Of a stretch of DNA of 64,000 bases, positions 41,480 to 53,001 are shown piece by piece. Numbering within the stretch: position 1 is the first letter of the stretch; every line of letters starts with the position of its first letter. The position numbers were made by a program, and so were the translations under genes. The notes below the pieces were generated by a model. The model did not search any database. It had not been told where the DNA came from and worked only from the letters and a program-made list of their open reading frames with translations. Source of the stretch: Trueperaceae bacterium (GTDB lineage: Bacteria > Deinococcota > Deinococci > Deinococcales > Trueperaceae); assembly GCA_034521815.1 (NCBI GenBank), contig JAXHLW010000013.1, positions 480,001-544,000 of the forward strand, given 5' to 3'.

Positions 41480-42316
41480 ATGCCGACCAAGAAATACAGA
41501 CCGTATACGCCCTCTCGCCGCTTCATGACGACGTCCGACTTCGCGGAGGTCACCAAGGACCGGCCCGAAAAGTCGCTGGTCGTTCGGATGAAGAAGAGCG
41601 GGGGCCGCAACAACCGCGGCCGGGTCACGTCGCGCTTCCGCGGCGGCGGCCACAAGCGTCGCTATCGCCTGATCGACTTCCGTCGTCGCGACAAGGAAGG
41701 CGTCCCGGCCAAGGTCGCCAGCATCGAGTACGATCCGAACCGCACCGCGAACATCGCGCTGCTCCACTACCTCGACGGCGAGAAGCGCTACATCATCGCG
41801 CCCGAGAGGCTCGAGGTGGGCATGCGGATCGTGGCGGGCGCGGACCAGGAGCCGATCGTCGGCAACGCCTTGCCGCTGCGCTTCATTCCCGTCGGCACGG
41901 TCGTCCACGCCGTGGAGCTCATTCCCGGCAAGGGCGCCCAGCTGGGCCGTAGCGCGGGCACCGGCATCCAGATCCAGGGTCGCGACGGCATCTACGTGAC
42001 GTTGCGGCTCCCCTCGGGCGAGCTGCGCCGGGTGCACGGCGAGTGCTACGCCACCATCGGAAACGTCGGCAACGCGGAGCACAAGAACCTGGTGCTCGGC
42101 AAGGCCGGCCGCAAGCGTTGGATGGGTCGCAAGCCCCACCAGCGCGGCCGGGCGATGAACCCGGTCGACCACCCGCACGGTGGTGGCGAGGGTCGTTCGA
42201 CCAGCGGTCGTCCGCCCGTCAGTCCGTGGGGCCAGCAGTCCAAGGGGCTTAAGACCCGCAACAAGCGCAAGGGGTCGAGCCGCTTCATCGTGCGTCGTCG
42301 GAAGGGGAGGAAGTAA
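41480..42316 (+). CDS. rplB: 50S ribosomal protein L2
   Basis: [25 protein letters not shown]. Confidence 0.99.
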   Translation: MPTKKYRPYTPSRRFMTTSDFAEVTKDRPEKSLVVRMKKSGGRNNRGRVTSRFRGGGHKRRYRLIDFRRRDKEGVPAKVASIEYDPNRTANIALLHYLDGEKRYIIAPERLEVGMRIVAGADQEPIVGNALPLRFIPVGTVVHAVELIPGKGAQLGRSAGTGIQIQGRDGIYVTLRLPSGELRRVHGECYATIGNVGNAEHKNLVLGKAGRKRWMGRKPHQRGRAMNPVDHPHGGGEGRSTSGRPPVSPWGQQSKGLKTRNKRKGSSRFIVRRRKGRK

Positions 42317-42579
42317 TGTCCCGGAGCATGAAGAAGGGTCCGTTCATCGACGGTCACCTGCTGAAGAAGGTGGACGCCGCGAACGCTTCGGGCGACCGCC
42401 GCGTGATCAAGACCTGGAGCCGCCGCTCGACGGTCGTGCCCGAGATGGTCGGTCACACCATCGGCGTCTACAACGGCCGTCAGCACGTGCCGGTCTTCGT
42501 TCAGGAGAACATGGTCGGGCACAAGCTCGGCGAGTTCTCGCCCACCCGCACCTTCCGCGGACACGGCCGGAGGGACTGA
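42316..42579 (+). CDS. rpsS: 30S ribosomal protein S19
   Basis: [23 protein letters not shown]. Confidence 0.98.
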   Translation: MSRSMKKGPFIDGHLLKKVDAANASGDRRVIKTWSRRSTVVPEMVGHTIGVYNGRQHVPVFVQENMVGHKLGEFSPTRTFRGHGRRD

Positions 42580-42580
42580 C

Positions 42581-42922
42581 GTGCAGGCCAAGGCGTCCCT
42601 TCGCATGCACCGCGCCACGCCGCGCAAGACGCGCCTGGTCGTCGACCAGATCCGCGGCAAGAACGTGGCCGAGGCGGAGTCGATCCTTCGCTTCACCGAC
42701 AAGCGCGTGGCGAAGCCGGTGCTCAAGCTGCTGAAGAGCGCGAAAGCGAACGCCGTCAACAACCACGACATGTTCGAGGACTCGCTGTTCGTCTCGGACG
42801 TGCAGGTCGGCGACGGCCCGACGCTCAAGCGCTTCCTGCCGCGGGCACGCGGCCGCGCCGACATGCTGCGCAAGCGCACGAGCAACATTTCGATCACGCT
42901 GGAGGAACGCAGTGGGGAATAA
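42581..42922 (+). CDS. rplV: 50S ribosomal protein L22
   Basis: PRKTRLV, SAKANA, PRARGR. Confidence 0.97.
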   Translation: MQAKASLRMHRATPRKTRLVVDQIRGKNVAEAESILRFTDKRVAKPVLKLLKSAKANAVNNHDMFEDSLFVSDVQVGDGPTLKRFLPRARGRADMLRKRTSNISITLEERSGE

Positions 42923-43667
42923 GATCAATCCACTCGGTTTCCGCCTGGGGGTCAACAAGGTCGCGTCGGCGCGTTGGTACGCCGGCCGGGCCGACTACCC
43001 GCGGTTGCTCGAGGAGGACGAAAAGATCCGGACGTTGATCCACAAGGACGTGGGTCACGCCGGCATCGCGCGCATCGACATCGAGCGCGCCGCCCACAAC
43101 CTGAACATCACCATCTTCACGGCCAAGCCGGGCGTGGTGATCGGGCGCGGTGGCGAGTCGATCAAGGCGCTGCGCGCCCGTCTCGACAAGGACATCGACG
43201 GCACCGTCGGCGTGAACGTTCAAGAGGTGCCGAACGCGAACACGAACGGCATGCTGGTCGCCCAGCGCATCCGCGACCAGCTCGAGCGACGCTTCGCCTT
43301 CCGGCGCGCCATGAAGCAGGCCGTGCAGCGCACCATGGAGTCCGGCGCCAAAGGGGTCAAGATCCGCTGCTCCGGCCGCCTCGGCGGGAGCGAGCAGGCC
43401 CGCCCCGAGTGGTACGCCGACGGTCGCGTGCCGCTGCAGACGTTGCGTGCGGACATCGACTACGGCACGGCCGAAGCCAAGACCAGCTACGGCATCGTGG
43501 GCGTCAAGGCGTGGGTGTTCCACGGCGAGATCGTCGGCGACCGGCAGCGCCAGGCCGCCGTGCTGCCCCGGGTCCGGACCGACGAGGACAAGAAGAAGCG
43601 CCGCCGCCCGGCTCGCAAGCGTGACCAGGCCGGTGGCCGCCGTACCCGCGTGAAGAGGGAGTCCTGA
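42912..43667 (+). CDS. rpsC: 30S ribosomal protein S3
   Basis: [33 protein letters not shown]. Confidence 0.98.
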   Translation: MGNKINPLGFRLGVNKVASARWYAGRADYPRLLEEDEKIRTLIHKDVGHAGIARIDIERAAHNLNITIFTAKPGVVIGRGGESIKALRARLDKDIDGTVGVNVQEVPNANTNGMLVAQRIRDQLERRFAFRRAMKQAVQRTMESGAKGVKIRCSGRLGGSEQARPEWYADGRVPLQTLRADIDYGTAEAKTSYGIVGVKAWVFHGEIVGDRQRQAAVLPRVRTDEDKKKRRRPARKRDQAGGRRTRVKRES

Positions 43668-44092
43668 TGCTTCTTCCCAAGCGCGTCAAATACCGCAAGC
43701 AGTTCCGCGGTCGCATGCAGGGTGATACCAAGGGCGGCGACTACGTCGCGTTCGGCGACTACGCTCTGGTCGCGATGGAGCCCGCCTGGATCAAGTCCAA
43801 CCAGATCGAGGCGTGCCGCATCACCATGAGCCGCTACTTCCGGCGCGGCGGCAAGATCTACATTCGGATCTTCCCCGACAAGCCGGTCACCAAGAAGCCG
43901 CAGGAAGTGCGGATGGGGAAGGGCAAGGGCGCGGTCGAGTTCTGGGTCGCCGTCGTCAAGCCCGGCCGAATCCTGTTCGAGGTCGCCAACGTGACCGAGG
44001 CGCAAGCCAAGGAAGCGTTCCGCCTCGCGGCGCACAAGCTGCCGATCCAGACCAAGATGGTCTCGCGGGAGATCTACGATGAAGCCCAATGA
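43667..44092 (+). CDS. rplP: 50S ribosomal protein L16
   Basis: [21 protein letters not shown]. Confidence 0.98.
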   Translation: MLLPKRVKYRKQFRGRMQGDTKGGDYVAFGDYALVAMEPAWIKSNQIEACRITMSRYFRRGGKIYIRIFPDKPVTKKPQEVRMGKGKGAVEFWVAVVKPGRILFEVANVTEAQAKEAFRLAAHKLPIQTKMVSREIYDEAQ

Positions 44093-44270
44093 GATCCGCA
44101 ACCTGACGGCCGAGGAGATCACGGCCGAGGTGGACGCCAGGCGCGAGGAGCTCCTCGACCTGCGGTTCCAGGCGGCGGTCGGCCAGGCCTCCAACCCGCG
44201 GCGCATCCGCGAGGCCAAGCGTGAGATCGCACGCCTGATGACGATCGCCTCGGAGAAGGAGAACGCGTGA
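44079..44270 (+). CDS. rpmC: 50S ribosomal protein L29
   Basis: LRFQ...KREIAR..T; operon position. Confidence 0.96.
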   Translation: MKPNEIRNLTAEEITAEVDARREELLDLRFQAAVGQASNPRRIREAKREIARLMTIASEKENA

Positions 44271-44512
44271 AGAAGGTCATGCAGGGGCGCGTCGTCAGCG
44301 ACGCGGCCGAAAAGACGGTGACCGTCTCGGTCGAGCGGCGCTTCAAGCACCCGCTCTACGGGAAGGTCGTGAGCACCAACAAGAAGTACCTCGCGCACGA
44401 CGAATCGAACGCCTACGGCGTCGGCGACCTGGTCGAGATCGTCTCGGCCCGTCCGCTGAGCAAGCGCAAACGATTCGTGGTCACGAGGCTTCTCGAGAAG
44501 GCACGCAGCTAA
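44267..44512 (+). CDS. rpsQ: 30S ribosomal protein S17
   Basis: GRVVSD, HPLYGK, RPLSKRK. Confidence 0.97.
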   Translation: MKKVMQGRVVSDAAEKTVTVSVERRFKHPLYGKVVSTNKKYLAHDESNAYGVGDLVEIVSARPLSKRKRFVVTRLLEKARS

Positions 44513-44526
44513 GCCCCGGAGGCATC

Positions 44527-44895
44527 GTGATTCAACAGGAGACCTATCTCGACGTCGCCGACAACTCCGGTGCGAGACGCATTCAGTGCATCCGCGTGCT
44601 CGGGACCGGCCAGCAGTTCGTCGGTGGCGTGGGCGACGTGATCGTCGCCGCGGTGAAGGACGCCATCCCGCAGGGCCAAGTCAAGAAGGGCGAAGTGGTC
44701 CGCGCCGTCGTCGTCCGCACCAAGAAGGAGATCAACCGCAAGGACGGCTCGTCGATCCGATTCGATACGAACGCCGCCGTCCTGATCAACCCGCAGAACG
44801 AGCCGCGCGGAACGCGCGTGTTCGGGCCCGTCGCGCGGGAGCTGCGTGAGAAGCGCTTCATGCGCATCGTCTCGCTGGCGCCGGAGGTGCTGTGA
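44527..44895 (+). CDS. rplN: 50S ribosomal protein L14
   Basis: [26 protein letters not shown]. Confidence 0.98.
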   Translation: MIQQETYLDVADNSGARRIQCIRVLGTGQQFVGGVGDVIVAAVKDAIPQGQVKKGEVVRAVVVRTKKEINRKDGSSIRFDTNAAVLINPQNEPRGTRVFGPVARELREKRFMRIVSLAPEVL

Positions 44896-45236
44896 TGGCC
44901 GCCACGACCAAAGCCGCCAAGACCAAGCTGAAGACGGGCGACCAGGTCCGCGTCATCGCCGGCAAGCACAAGGGGCTCGAGGGCGAGGTCATCGCCGTCC
45001 ACCGCGACACCGGTCGCGTGCTGGTCGAAGGCGTGAACGTGATCAAGAAGGCCCTGCGCCCCACGCAGGAGAACCCGCGCGGAGGCTTCCGCGAGCAGGA
45101 GGCCCCGATTCACGTCAGCAACGTGCAGGTGCTCGACCCGTCCTCGGGCGAGCCGACCCGCATCGGCGTGAAGATCGGCGAGGAAGGCCGCAAGGTCCGC
45201 GTCGCCAAGAAGAGCGGGGTGGAGCTCGATGGCTGA
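44895..45236 (+). CDS. rplX: 50S ribosomal protein L24
   Basis: KOW motif [22 protein letters not shown]. Confidence 0.97.
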   Translation: MAATTKAAKTKLKTGDQVRVIAGKHKGLEGEVIAVHRDTGRVLVEGVNVIKKALRPTQENPRGGFREQEAPIHVSNVQVLDPSSGEPTRIGVKIGEEGRKVRVAKKSGVELDG

Positions 45237-45795
45237 GGAGGCCGTCATGACCAAGGTGGAGCTGCCGATCAAGGCGCGCTACGCCGACATCCGCGAGACG
45301 CTCGTCGAGCGCCACGGCTACGCCAATCCGATGGCGATTCCGAAGGTGAGCAAGATCGTCCTGAACATGGGCGTCGGCGAGGCGAAAGAGGACAAGAAGG
45401 TCCTCGACAAGGCCTCCTCGGACCTCGCTCAGATCGCCTTGCAGCGTCCGGTCGTCACCAAGGCGAAGAAGTCGGTGTCGAACTTCAAGATCCGGGCCGG
45501 CATGCCGGTCGGCGTGAAGGTCACGCTGCGCGGCGAGCGCATGTGGGCGTTCCTCGACAAGCTGATCAACGTCGCGCTTCCGCGCGTCCGCGACTTCCGC
45601 GGCATCAGCGCCAACAGCTTCGATGGGCGCGGCAACTACAACCTCGGGCTCCGCGAGCAGCTGGTGTTTCCCGAGCTGAGCTACGATTCCGTCGACGCGA
45701 TCCGCGGTCTGGACTGCGTCATCGTCACCTCCGCCGAGACCGACGAAGAAGCGCGCAGCCTGCTCGAGCTTCTCGGCATGCCGTTCAGGAAGTAA
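45229..45795 (+). CDS. rplE: 50S ribosomal protein L5
   Basis: [30 protein letters not shown]; the start may be ATG 45247. Confidence 0.97.
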   Translation: MAEEAVMTKVELPIKARYADIRETLVERHGYANPMAIPKVSKIVLNMGVGEAKEDKKVLDKASSDLAQIALQRPVVTKAKKSVSNFKIRAGMPVGVKVTLRGERMWAFLDKLINVALPRVRDFRGISANSFDGRGNYNLGLREQLVFPELSYDSVDAIRGLDCVIVTSAETDEEARSLLELLGMPFRK

Positions 45796-45804
45796 GGAGG
45801 CCCC

Positions 45805-45990
45805 GTGGCCACCAAAGCGAAGATCGCCAAGTCCAAGAGGACGCCCAAGTTCGAGGTTCGAGGCGTGAGCCGCTGCAGCCGCTGCGGTCGGGCCCGTGCC
45901 TACATGCGGGATTTCGGCCTGTGCCGGATCTGCATGCGGGAGATGGCCCACAAGGGGTACCTCCCGGGCGTCACCAAGTCGAGCTGGTAA
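45805..45990 (+). CDS. rpsN: 30S ribosomal protein S14, zinc-binding (type Z)
   Basis: RCSRCGR...[13 protein letters not shown]; 61 aa. Confidence 0.97.
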   Translation: MATKAKIAKSKRTPKFEVRGVSRCSRCGRARAYMRDFGLCRICMREMAHKGYLPGVTKSSW

Positions 45991-46065
45991 GCACAAGACA
46001 GACATCCCGTTCCAGGGGTGAAGGCCGGCGATATGGTCGCCGGTACCTACTCCACGGAGGCAAAC

Positions 46066-46461
46066 GTGCACTCTGATCCCATTGCAGACATGCTGAACCG
46101 GATCCGCAACGCGGTGGCCGTCGGCCACGCGCATGTGGACGTCCCCGCCAGCAACTTCAAGAAGGCGCTCGCGACCCTGCTGGTCCGCGAGGGCTACCTC
46201 AAGAACGTCGCCGAGGTCGAGGTGGAAGGCCGCCCGCAGCTCCGTATCGGGCTGAAGTACGGTCCGAAGCGGCGACCCATCATCAACAAGATGACGCGGG
46301 TGTCGAAGCCCGGCCGGCGCGCCTACACGAAGTCCAAGCACGTCCCCGTCGTCCGCGGCGGCCTGGGCGTCGCGGTCGTCTCGACCTCCCAAGGCCTTCT
46401 CGCCGACCGCGAAGCGCGCCGCAACGGCGTCGGTGGCGAGATCGTCTGCGAGGTGTGGTGA
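46066..46461 (+). CDS. rpsH: 30S ribosomal protein S8
   Basis: DPIADML.RIRNA, SKPGRR.Y, STSQG, GGE; GGAGG RBS before GTG 46066. Confidence 0.97.
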   Translation: MHSDPIADMLNRIRNAVAVGHAHVDVPASNFKKALATLLVREGYLKNVAEVEVEGRPQLRIGLKYGPKRRPIINKMTRVSKPGRRAYTKSKHVPVVRGGLGVAVVSTSQGLLADREARRNGVGGEIVCEVW

Positions 46462-47006
46462 TGTCTCGCATCGGTCGCAGCCCCATTTCGGTGCCCAGCG
46501 GCGTCGAGGTCGCGGTCGAGGACCGCGGCGCCACCGTGAAGGTCAAGGGACCCAAGGGCGACCTGACGATCACGATCGATCCGCGCATCACCATCAAGAA
46601 CGACGACGGCGTCCTGGCGTTCGAGCGCCCCAGCGACCACCGCGAAGACCGTGCCCAGCACGGCTTGGCGCGCAGCCTGGTGGCGAACGCGATCGCCGGC
46701 GTGACCGAGGGCTTCACCAAGAAGCTCGAGATCCAAGGCGTCGGCTACCGCTGCCAGATGAAGGGCCAGAACCTCGAGCTGGCGCTCGGCTACTCGCACC
46801 CCGTCGTGATCACGCCGCCCGATGGCGTCACGATCCAGGCGCCGGAGCCGACCCGGATCGAAGTGAGCGGCATCGACAAGCAGCTCGTGGGCCAGGTCGC
46901 GGCCGACATCCGTGCCAAGCGGCCGCCCGACAGCTACCACGGCAAAGGCGTCCGCTACGCCGGCGAGTACGTCCGACTGAAGGCCGGCAAGGCCGCGTCC
47001 CGCTGA
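46461..47006 (+). CDS. rplF: 50S ribosomal protein L6
   Basis: [24 protein letters not shown]. Confidence 0.98.
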   Translation: MSRIGRSPISVPSGVEVAVEDRGATVKVKGPKGDLTITIDPRITIKNDDGVLAFERPSDHREDRAQHGLARSLVANAIAGVTEGFTKKLEIQGVGYRCQMKGQNLELALGYSHPVVITPPDGVTIQAPEPTRIEVSGIDKQLVGQVAADIRAKRPPDSYHGKGVRYAGEYVRLKAGKAASR

Positions 47007-47026
47007 CCCCGGAAGGGAGCGAAACG

Positions 47027-47374
47027 ATGAACCAGCTCAATGCCAAGCAACGCCGCACCTTCCGCACGCGGCGCTCCATCCGACGGCCGGTCGACAACGG
47101 TCGCCTGCGCCTGACGGTGTTCCGCAGCGCCCGCTACATCTACGCCCAAGTGATCGACGATCGCACCGGTCGCACGGTGGCCGAAGCCAACAGCAAGACG
47201 CTCTCGGTCGACGGCGACAAGACCGCGCAGGCCAGCGCCGTCGGCAAGGCGGTCGCCGAGCGCGCCCGCACCGCCGGCGCCACGCGCGTCGTGTTCGACC
47301 GGGGACCGTACCGCTACCACGGCCGCGTCAAGGCTCTTGCCGACGGCGCACGCGAAGGAGGACTCGAGTTCTGA
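47027..47374 (+). CDS. rplR: 50S ribosomal protein L18
   Basis: [33 protein letters not shown]. Confidence 0.97.
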   Translation: MNQLNAKQRRTFRTRRSIRRPVDNGRLRLTVFRSARYIYAQVIDDRTGRTVAEANSKTLSVDGDKTAQASAVGKAVAERARTAGATRVVFDRGPYRYHGRVKALADGAREGGLEF

Positions 47375-47847
47375 TGGCTGAACAGGATTTCGAAGACAAG
47401 GTCATCTTCATCAGGCGTACCGCCAAGACGTACAAGGGCGGACGCAGGTTCCGTTTCGGCGCCATGGTGGTCATCGGTGATCGCCAGGGACGCGTCGGCG
47501 TCGGCCTGGGCAAGGCGAAGGAAGTCCCGATCGCGGTGCAGAAGGGCCAGTACGTCGCGCGCCGCAACCTGATCGAGGTGCCCATCGAAGAGCCCGGCAC
47601 GATTCCGCACGAGGTGCTCGGTGCGCACAGCACCAGCCGCGTGATGCTGAAGCCGGCCGGAGCGGGTACCGGCGTGATCGCCGGCAGCGTTCCCCGCGCC
47701 ATCGTCGAGCTCGCCGGCTACCGCAACCTGCTCACCAAGGAGCTGGGCTCGCGCAACCAGACGAACGTCGCGTACGCGGTCATCGACGGGCTCAAGCAGC
47801 TCAAGACCTTCGCCGAGTCGAAGGCCGAGCGGGACCGGGCGGAATGA
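47374..47847 (+). CDS. rpsE: 30S ribosomal protein S5
   Basis: [25 protein letters not shown]. Confidence 0.98.
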   Translation: MAEQDFEDKVIFIRRTAKTYKGGRRFRFGAMVVIGDRQGRVGVGLGKAKEVPIAVQKGQYVARRNLIEVPIEEPGTIPHEVLGAHSTSRVMLKPAGAGTGVIAGSVPRAIVELAGYRNLLTKELGSRNQTNVAYAVIDGLKQLKTFAESKAERDRAE

Positions 47848-48023
47848 TGCGCATCACCCTCACACGTAGCCTGATCGGCGTGCCGAAGGACCAGAAGGCC
47901 ACCGTCCACGCGCTCGGTCTGCGCAAGACCGGCGACACGCGCGAGGTGAAGGACACGCCCGACGTCCAGGGGATGGTCGACAAGGTCGCCTACCTCCTGA
48001 CCATCGAAGGGAACCCCTCGTGA
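47847..48023 (+). CDS. rpmD: 50S ribosomal protein L30 (absent from the ORF track)
   Basis: Manual translation [27 protein letters not shown]...GMVDKVAYLL; lies between rpsE and rplO. Confidence 0.95.
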   Translation: MRITLTRSLIGVPKDQKATVHALGLRKTGDTREVKDTPDVQGMVDKVAYLLTIEGNPS

Positions 48024-48475
48024 AACTGAACGATCTCAAGCCCGCGAAGGGCGCCACCAAGGCCCGTCGCCGTGTCGGCCGAGGCCTCGGCAGCGGTCGC
48101 GGCAAGACCGCCGGCCGCGGCCAGAAGGGCCAGGCCTCGCGCAGCGGATTCAGTCAGGGAGCCGGCTGGGAAGGCGGCCGCTCGCGGCTGGTCATGCGCC
48201 TGCCCAAGCGCGGCTTCACCCGCGTGAAGGAGCCCGTCCAGATCGTGAACGTCGGCGATCTCGAGGCGTTCGACGACGGCACCGTGGTGACTGCGGAGCT
48301 GCTCGCAGATGCCGGCCTGGTGCGTCGTCTCGATCGGCCGGTCAAGCTGCTCGGCGACGGCGAGCTCACCAAGAAGCTCCAGATCGACCTAGACGCCGTC
48401 AGTCGCGGTGCCGCCAGCGCGGTCGCCGCCGCCGGCGGTTCCGTGAAGGGCGCGGCGGCCGAGGAGTCGGCCTGA
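48020..48475 (+). CDS. rplO: 50S ribosomal protein L15
   Basis: RVGRGLGSGRGKTAGRGQKGQ, EGG, RLPKRGF. Confidence 0.98.
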   Translation: MKLNDLKPAKGATKARRRVGRGLGSGRGKTAGRGQKGQASRSGFSQGAGWEGGRSRLVMRLPKRGFTRVKEPVQIVNVGDLEAFDDGTVVTAELLADAGLVRRLDRPVKLLGDGELTKKLQIDLDAVSRGAASAVAAAGGSVKGAAAEESA

Positions 48476-49794
48476 TGCTCGCGGCCTTCCGCAACGCCGC
48501 GGCCATTCCGGCTCTGCGCGCGAAGCTGCTGGTGACCATCGGCCTGCTGTCGGTGTACCGGCTGCTGGTGTTCATCCCCACGCCGGGGATCGACATCGAC
48601 CGACTGCGGGAGGGGAGCTTCGGACAGGGCGACATCTTCACCCTGCTCAACTTCATCTCGGGCGGCAACTTCGAGGTGTTCTCGATCGCCGCTCTCGGTG
48701 TCATCCCGTACATCACGGCGAGCATCATCGTGCAGCTCCTGCAGTCCACCTGGCCCCCGCTCGAGAAGCTGGCCAAGGAGGGCGAGGAGGGCCGTCGCAA
48801 GATCACCCAGTACACCCGCTACGGCGCCACGGCGCTCGGGGCGGTCCAGGCGGTGTTCCTCGCGATCGCGCTGCTCGGTCCCTCCGGCGCCCTCAAGGTC
48901 GGCTGGAGCAACGGCCCGTTCTTCTGGTTCATCGTCCTGGTCACGCAGGTCGCCGGCGTCTCGCTGGTGATGTGGCTGGGCGAGAAGATCAGCGAGCACG
49001 GCGTCGGCAACGGCATCTCGCTCATCATCTACGCCGGCATCGTCGCCGCCTTCCCGGGCGCCATCACGCAGCAGTTCGCGCTGATCGGCCGCGGCGAAGG
49101 GAACCTGTTCGGACTGCTGTTCTTCTTCGCGCTGCTGATCGTGGCGCTCGCGGGGATGGTGCTCATCCAACAGGCCGAACGGCGGATCCCGGTCCAGTAC
49201 GCACGCAAGGTGGTCGGGCGGCGCGTCATGGGCGGCCAGTCCACCTACATTCCGCTGCGCCTCAACGCCGCCGGCGTGATTCCGATCATCTTCGCGGTGT
49301 CGATCATCATCCTGCCCCAGACGCTGATCGGGGCGTTCCCCGACATCGGCTGGCTCCAGGCGATCGGTGCCTGGTTCAACCCCGCCCAGTGGCAGGGCCT
49401 GATCACCTCGACCGCGCTGATCGTCGCGTTCACCTACTTCTACACGCAGATCAGCTTCGACCCGCGGCGGATCAGCGAGAACCTCCGCGAGTACGGCGGC
49501 TTCGTGCCGGGCGTCCGTCCCGGCCAGCCCACGACCGATCACCTGACCCGGATCACCAGCCGGATCACCCTCTGGGGGGCGTTGTTCCTGGGCGCCGTGA
49601 ACGCGCTTCCGCAGACGCTCGCCTGGATCACCGGCGCCGGTCAGCTGTCGTTCGTGTTCAGCGGCATCGGCCTGCTCATCATGGTCGGCGTCGCGCTCGA
49701 CACGCTGCGGCAGCTCGAGTCGCAGCTGATGATGCGGCACTACGAAGGGTTCGTCTCGAAGGGGCGGATCCGCGGTCGCGGACGGCGATTCTGA
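48475..49794 (+). CDS. secY: Preprotein translocase SecY
   Basis: SIAALGVIPYITASII, GVGNGIS, RRIPVQY, AGVIPIIFA, PGVRPG. Confidence 0.98.
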   Translation: MLAAFRNAAAIPALRAKLLVTIGLLSVYRLLVFIPTPGIDIDRLREGSFGQGDIFTLLNFISGGNFEVFSIAALGVIPYITASIIVQLLQSTWPPLEKLAKEGEEGRRKITQYTRYGATALGAVQAVFLAIALLGPSGALKVGWSNGPFFWFIVLVTQVAGVSLVMWLGEKISEHGVGNGISLIIYAGIVAAFPGAITQQFALIGRGEGNLFGLLFFFALLIVALAGMVLIQQAERRIPVQYARKVVGRRVMGGQSTYIPLRLNAAGVIPIIFAVSIIILPQTLIGAFPDIGWLQAIGAWFNPAQWQGLITSTALIVAFTYFYTQISFDPRRISENLREYGGFVPGVRPGQPTTDHLTRITSRITLWGALFLGAVNALPQTLAWITGAGQLSFVFSGIGLLIMVGVALDTLRQLESQLMMRHYEGFVSKGRIRGRGRRF

Positions 49795-50360
49795 TGGCGT
49801 CCGAAGTGATCCTGCTGATGGGACCGCCCGGAGCCGGCAAGGGCACGCAAGCCGCTCGCCTGGCGTCGGCCGAGGGCCTGCGCAAGATCTCGACGGGCGA
49901 CATGCTGCGCGCCCACGTGGCCGAGCGCAGCGAGCTGGGCACGAAGGCGGAGGCGATCATGAAGGCCGGCGATCTGGTGCCGGACGACCTGATCGTCGCG
50001 ATGGTCCGGCGCGAGGTCGAGGCCATGGACACCGTCCGCATGCTGCTCGACGGCTTTCCCCGCACGCCGGGGCAAGCGAAGGCGCTCGACGAGCTCCTCG
50101 CCGAGTTCGGCACGGAGATGACCGCCGCGGTTCTGCTCGAGGTGCCCGAGGACGAGCTGGTCCGGCGCCTGGTGCTCCGCGCGGAGGAAGAGGGCCGTGA
50201 GGACGACGACGAGGCCACCGTGCGCAAGCGCATGGAGGTGTACCGGTCCTCGACGCGTCCGCTGATCGAGTTCTACGAGAAGCGCGGTCTGCTGAAGCGT
50301 GTGGACGGCGTCGGCGATGTCGACGAGGTGACCGGACGGATTCAAGGGGTGCTTTCTTGA
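49794..50360 (+). CDS. adk: Adenylate kinase (short LID)
   Basis: GPPGAGKGTQA, STGDMLR, LDGFPRT, REDD. Confidence 0.97.
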   Translation: MASEVILLMGPPGAGKGTQAARLASAEGLRKISTGDMLRAHVAERSELGTKAEAIMKAGDLVPDDLIVAMVRREVEAMDTVRMLLDGFPRTPGQAKALDELLAEFGTEMTAAVLLEVPEDELVRRLVLRAEEEGREDDDEATVRKRMEVYRSSTRPLIEFYEKRGLLKRVDGVGDVDEVTGRIQGVLS

Positions 50361-51142
50361 TCCTCAAGCGGCCCAGCGAGATCGCCGCCATGGCGGACGC
50401 CGCGGTGATCAACCGCGAGGCGCTCGAGGCGGTCGAGGCCGCCTTGGCGCCGGGCGTCACCACCGCCGAGTTGAACGCAGTGGCCGAAGAGGTTATCCTA
50501 CGGAGCGGTGGCCGCCCTGCATTCAAGGGCTACCGCGGATTTCCCGCGACGCTGTGCACCTCCGTCAACGAGGTCGTCGTCCACGGCATACCGGACGACC
50601 GACCCCTGAACGAAGGCGACATCGTCTCGATCGACGTCGGAACGTTCTACAAGGGCTACGCCGCCGACCAGGCGAAGACCTACGCGGTCGGCGAGATTCC
50701 CGAAGCGACCCGGCGTCTGCTCGACGCGACCGAGCGCTCCCTCTACGCCGGTATCGAGCGAGCACGACCGGGAAACCGCCTGGGCGACGTGTCCGCGGCC
50801 ATTCAGGACGTCGTCGAGGAGGCAGGGATGTGGGTGGTACGCGAGTTCGTGGGGCACGGCATCGGCCGTGAGTTCCACGAAGGACCGGACGTGCCCAACT
50901 TCGGCCGCGCCGGCACGGGACCCGTGCTCCGGCCCGGTCTGGTCCTGGCGATCGAGCCGATGGTGACGCTCACGCGCACCTCGGTCATCGTTCTGGACGA
51001 CGGATGGACGGCGCCCACCGAGAACGGGGCTCCGGCCGCGCACTTCGAGCACACCGTGGCCGTCACCGAGGACGGACCACGCATTCTGACCGCGAAGGAG
51101 ACGATGGCGCAGACTGCACAGGGAGGACACGATGGCGCGTAG
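50357..51142 (+). CDS. map: Methionine aminopeptidase type I
   Basis: [33 protein letters not shown]. Confidence 0.97.
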   Translation: MILKRPSEIAAMADAAVINREALEAVEAALAPGVTTAELNAVAEEVILRSGGRPAFKGYRGFPATLCTSVNEVVVHGIPDDRPLNEGDIVSIDVGTFYKGYAADQAKTYAVGEIPEATRRLLDATERSLYAGIERARPGNRLGDVSAAIQDVVEEAGMWVVREFVGHGIGREFHEGPDVPNFGRAGTGPVLRPGLVLAIEPMVTLTRTSVIVLDDGWTAPTENGAPAAHFEHTVAVTEDGPRILTAKETMAQTAQGGHDGA

Positions 51143-51425
51143 ACGAGGTGGCGGACGAGGCGGCCGACGAGGCGGCCGAGGACGCACGGAGAACCGCCAG
51201 AAGGGGAACGAGACCACGCAGGACTCGATCCGAACCGAAGGCGTGGTCCTCGAGGCGCGCCCCAATACGACCTTCCTGGTGCAGCTCGACGCCGGGCCGG
51301 AGATCCTGGCCCACGTGGGCGGAAAGATGCGCCGACACTACATCCGCATCCTGCCCGGCGACCGCGTCGTCGTCGAGATCAGCACCTACGACCCGGAAAA
51401 GGGTCGGATCGTGTACCGAAAGTAG
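51132..51425 (+). CDS. infA: Translation initiation factor IF-1 with an Arg/Gly-rich N-terminal extension
   Basis: [30 protein letters not shown] before ATG 51132. Confidence 0.95.
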   Translation: MARRRGGGRGGRRGGRGRTENRQKGNETTQDSIRTEGVVLEARPNTTFLVQLDAGPEILAHVGGKMRRHYIRILPGDRVVVEISTYDPEKGRIVYRK

Positions 51426-51432
51426 GGGTGTC

Positions 51433-51549
51433 ATGAAAGTACGGGCCAGCGTCAAACCGATGTGCTCCAGCTGCAAGGTGATCCGGCGAGCCGGGCGGGT
51501 CTACGTCATCTGTTCCTCCAATCCGAAGCACAAGCAGAGGCAGGGGTAA
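51433..51549 (+). CDS. rpmJ: 50S ribosomal protein L36 (Zn-ribbon form)
   Basis: [19 protein letters not shown]...[10 protein letters not shown]. Confidence 0.97.
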   Translation: MKVRASVKPMCSSCKVIRRAGRVYVICSSNPKHKQRQG

Positions 51550-51553
51550 GCGA

Positions 51554-51934
51554 ATGGCACGAATCGCAGGAGTCGATCTTCCACGGGACAAGCGCGTCGA
51601 GCATGCGCTGCCCTACATCTACGGCATCGGCCTCACACGGTCGCGCGCCATTCTCGAAGCGACCGGCGTCGATCCCGACACCCGGGTGAAGGACCTCGCC
51701 GAGTCCGAAGTCGCCAAGCTGCGCGACATCGTCGACAGCCAGTACAAGGTCGAAGGCGATCTGCGCCGCGAGGTGCAGCTCAACATCAAGCGTCTCATGG
51801 ACATCGGCTGCTACCGCGGTCTCCGTCACCGCCGCGGCCTTCCCGTGCGGGGCCAGTCCACCAAGACCAACGCCCGCACCCGCAAGGGACCGCGTCGCAC
51901 CGTCGCCGGCAAGAAGAAGGCGCCGAGGAAGTAG
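51554..51934 (+). CDS. rpsM: 30S ribosomal protein S13
   Basis: [28 protein letters not shown]. Confidence 0.98.
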   Translation: MARIAGVDLPRDKRVEHALPYIYGIGLTRSRAILEATGVDPDTRVKDLAESEVAKLRDIVDSQYKVEGDLRREVQLNIKRLMDIGCYRGLRHRRGLPVRGQSTKTNARTRKGPRRTVAGKKKAPRK

Positions 51935-51946
51935 GGGTAGACCACC

Positions 51947-52354
51947 GTGGCCAAGCAGACCACCAAAACCGCGAAAGGCAAGGCGCCGCGCAAGCGCGTC
52001 AGGCGCAACCTCGTCGAGGGCAAGGCGTACATCCACGCCAGCTACAACAACACCATCATCACGATCACCGATCCTGATGGCAACACGGTGGCGTGGTCGT
52101 CGTCCGGATCGATCGGCTACAAGGGATCGAAGAAGGGCACGCCGTACGCCGCCCAGCTCGCGGCCGCCGATGCGACCCGCAAGGCGCAGAACATGGGCCT
52201 CTCGACCCTCGACATCGTCATCCGCGGGACCGGCTCGGGCCGTGAGCAGGCGATCCGATCGATCCAGGGCACCGGCGTGAACGTGCGCTCGATCATCGAC
52301 GACACCCCGACCCCGCACAACGGCTGCCGCCTCAGCAAGCGGCGTCGGCAGTAA
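51947..52354 (+). CDS. rpsK: 30S ribosomal protein S11
   Basis: YNNTIITITD, TPYAAQ, TPTPHNGCR. Confidence 0.98.
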   Translation: MAKQTTKTAKGKAPRKRVRRNLVEGKAYIHASYNNTIITITDPDGNTVAWSSSGSIGYKGSKKGTPYAAQLAAADATRKAQNMGLSTLDIVIRGTGSGREQAIRSIQGTGVNVRSIIDDTPTPHNGCRLSKRRRQ

Positions 52355-52366
52355 GGCAGGAGGATC

Positions 52367-52984
52367 ATGGGCCGATACCGAGGACCGATCGTCAAGCTCA
52401 GCCGCCGCGAAGGGGTGAACCTCGCCGAGACCCCCAAGGTGCAGAAGTACATGGAGCGCCGCCCCTACCCTCCCGGAGAGCACGGGCAGCGTCGTCGCCG
52501 GCGTATCAGCGACTACGGCGTCCGTCTGCGCGAGAAGCAGAAGCTTCGCTTCCTGTACAACATGAGCGAGAGGCAGTTCGCGAGCCTGTTCGTCGAGGCC
52601 TCCAAGGCCGAGGGCGCGACCGGCACGGTGTTCCTGCAGCTGCTCGAGCGTCGTCTCGACAACGTCGTGTACCGCATGGGCATCGCCCACACGCGGCGTC
52701 AGGCGCGCCAGTTCGTCGGGCACGGCCACATCGCCGTGAACGGGCGGCGGATCGACTCGCCCTCGTACCGGGTGCAGCCCGGCGACGCGATCACCGTCGT
52801 CGAGCGTGCGCGCAAGAACCCGCACATCAAGCAGAACGTCGAGGAGCGCCGCCGCGGCAAGACCCCGCCGTGGCTCGAGTTCGACGGCGAGACGCTGAAA
52901 GGCGTGTTCAAGGCCGTCCCCTCGCGCGAGGACATCGTCGTCCCCGTCAACGAGCTGCAGGTCATCGAGTACTACTCGCGTTGA
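52367..52984 (+). CDS. rpsD: 30S ribosomal protein S4
   Basis: [34 protein letters not shown]. Confidence 0.98.
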   Translation: MGRYRGPIVKLSRREGVNLAETPKVQKYMERRPYPPGEHGQRRRRRISDYGVRLREKQKLRFLYNMSERQFASLFVEASKAEGATGTVFLQLLERRLDNVVYRMGIAHTRRQARQFVGHGHIAVNGRRIDSPSYRVQPGDAITVVERARKNPHIKQNVEERRRGKTPPWLEFDGETLKGVFKAVPSREDIVVPVNELQVIEYYSR

Positions 52985-53001
52985 GCCGCTAGGAGATCAC
53001 C

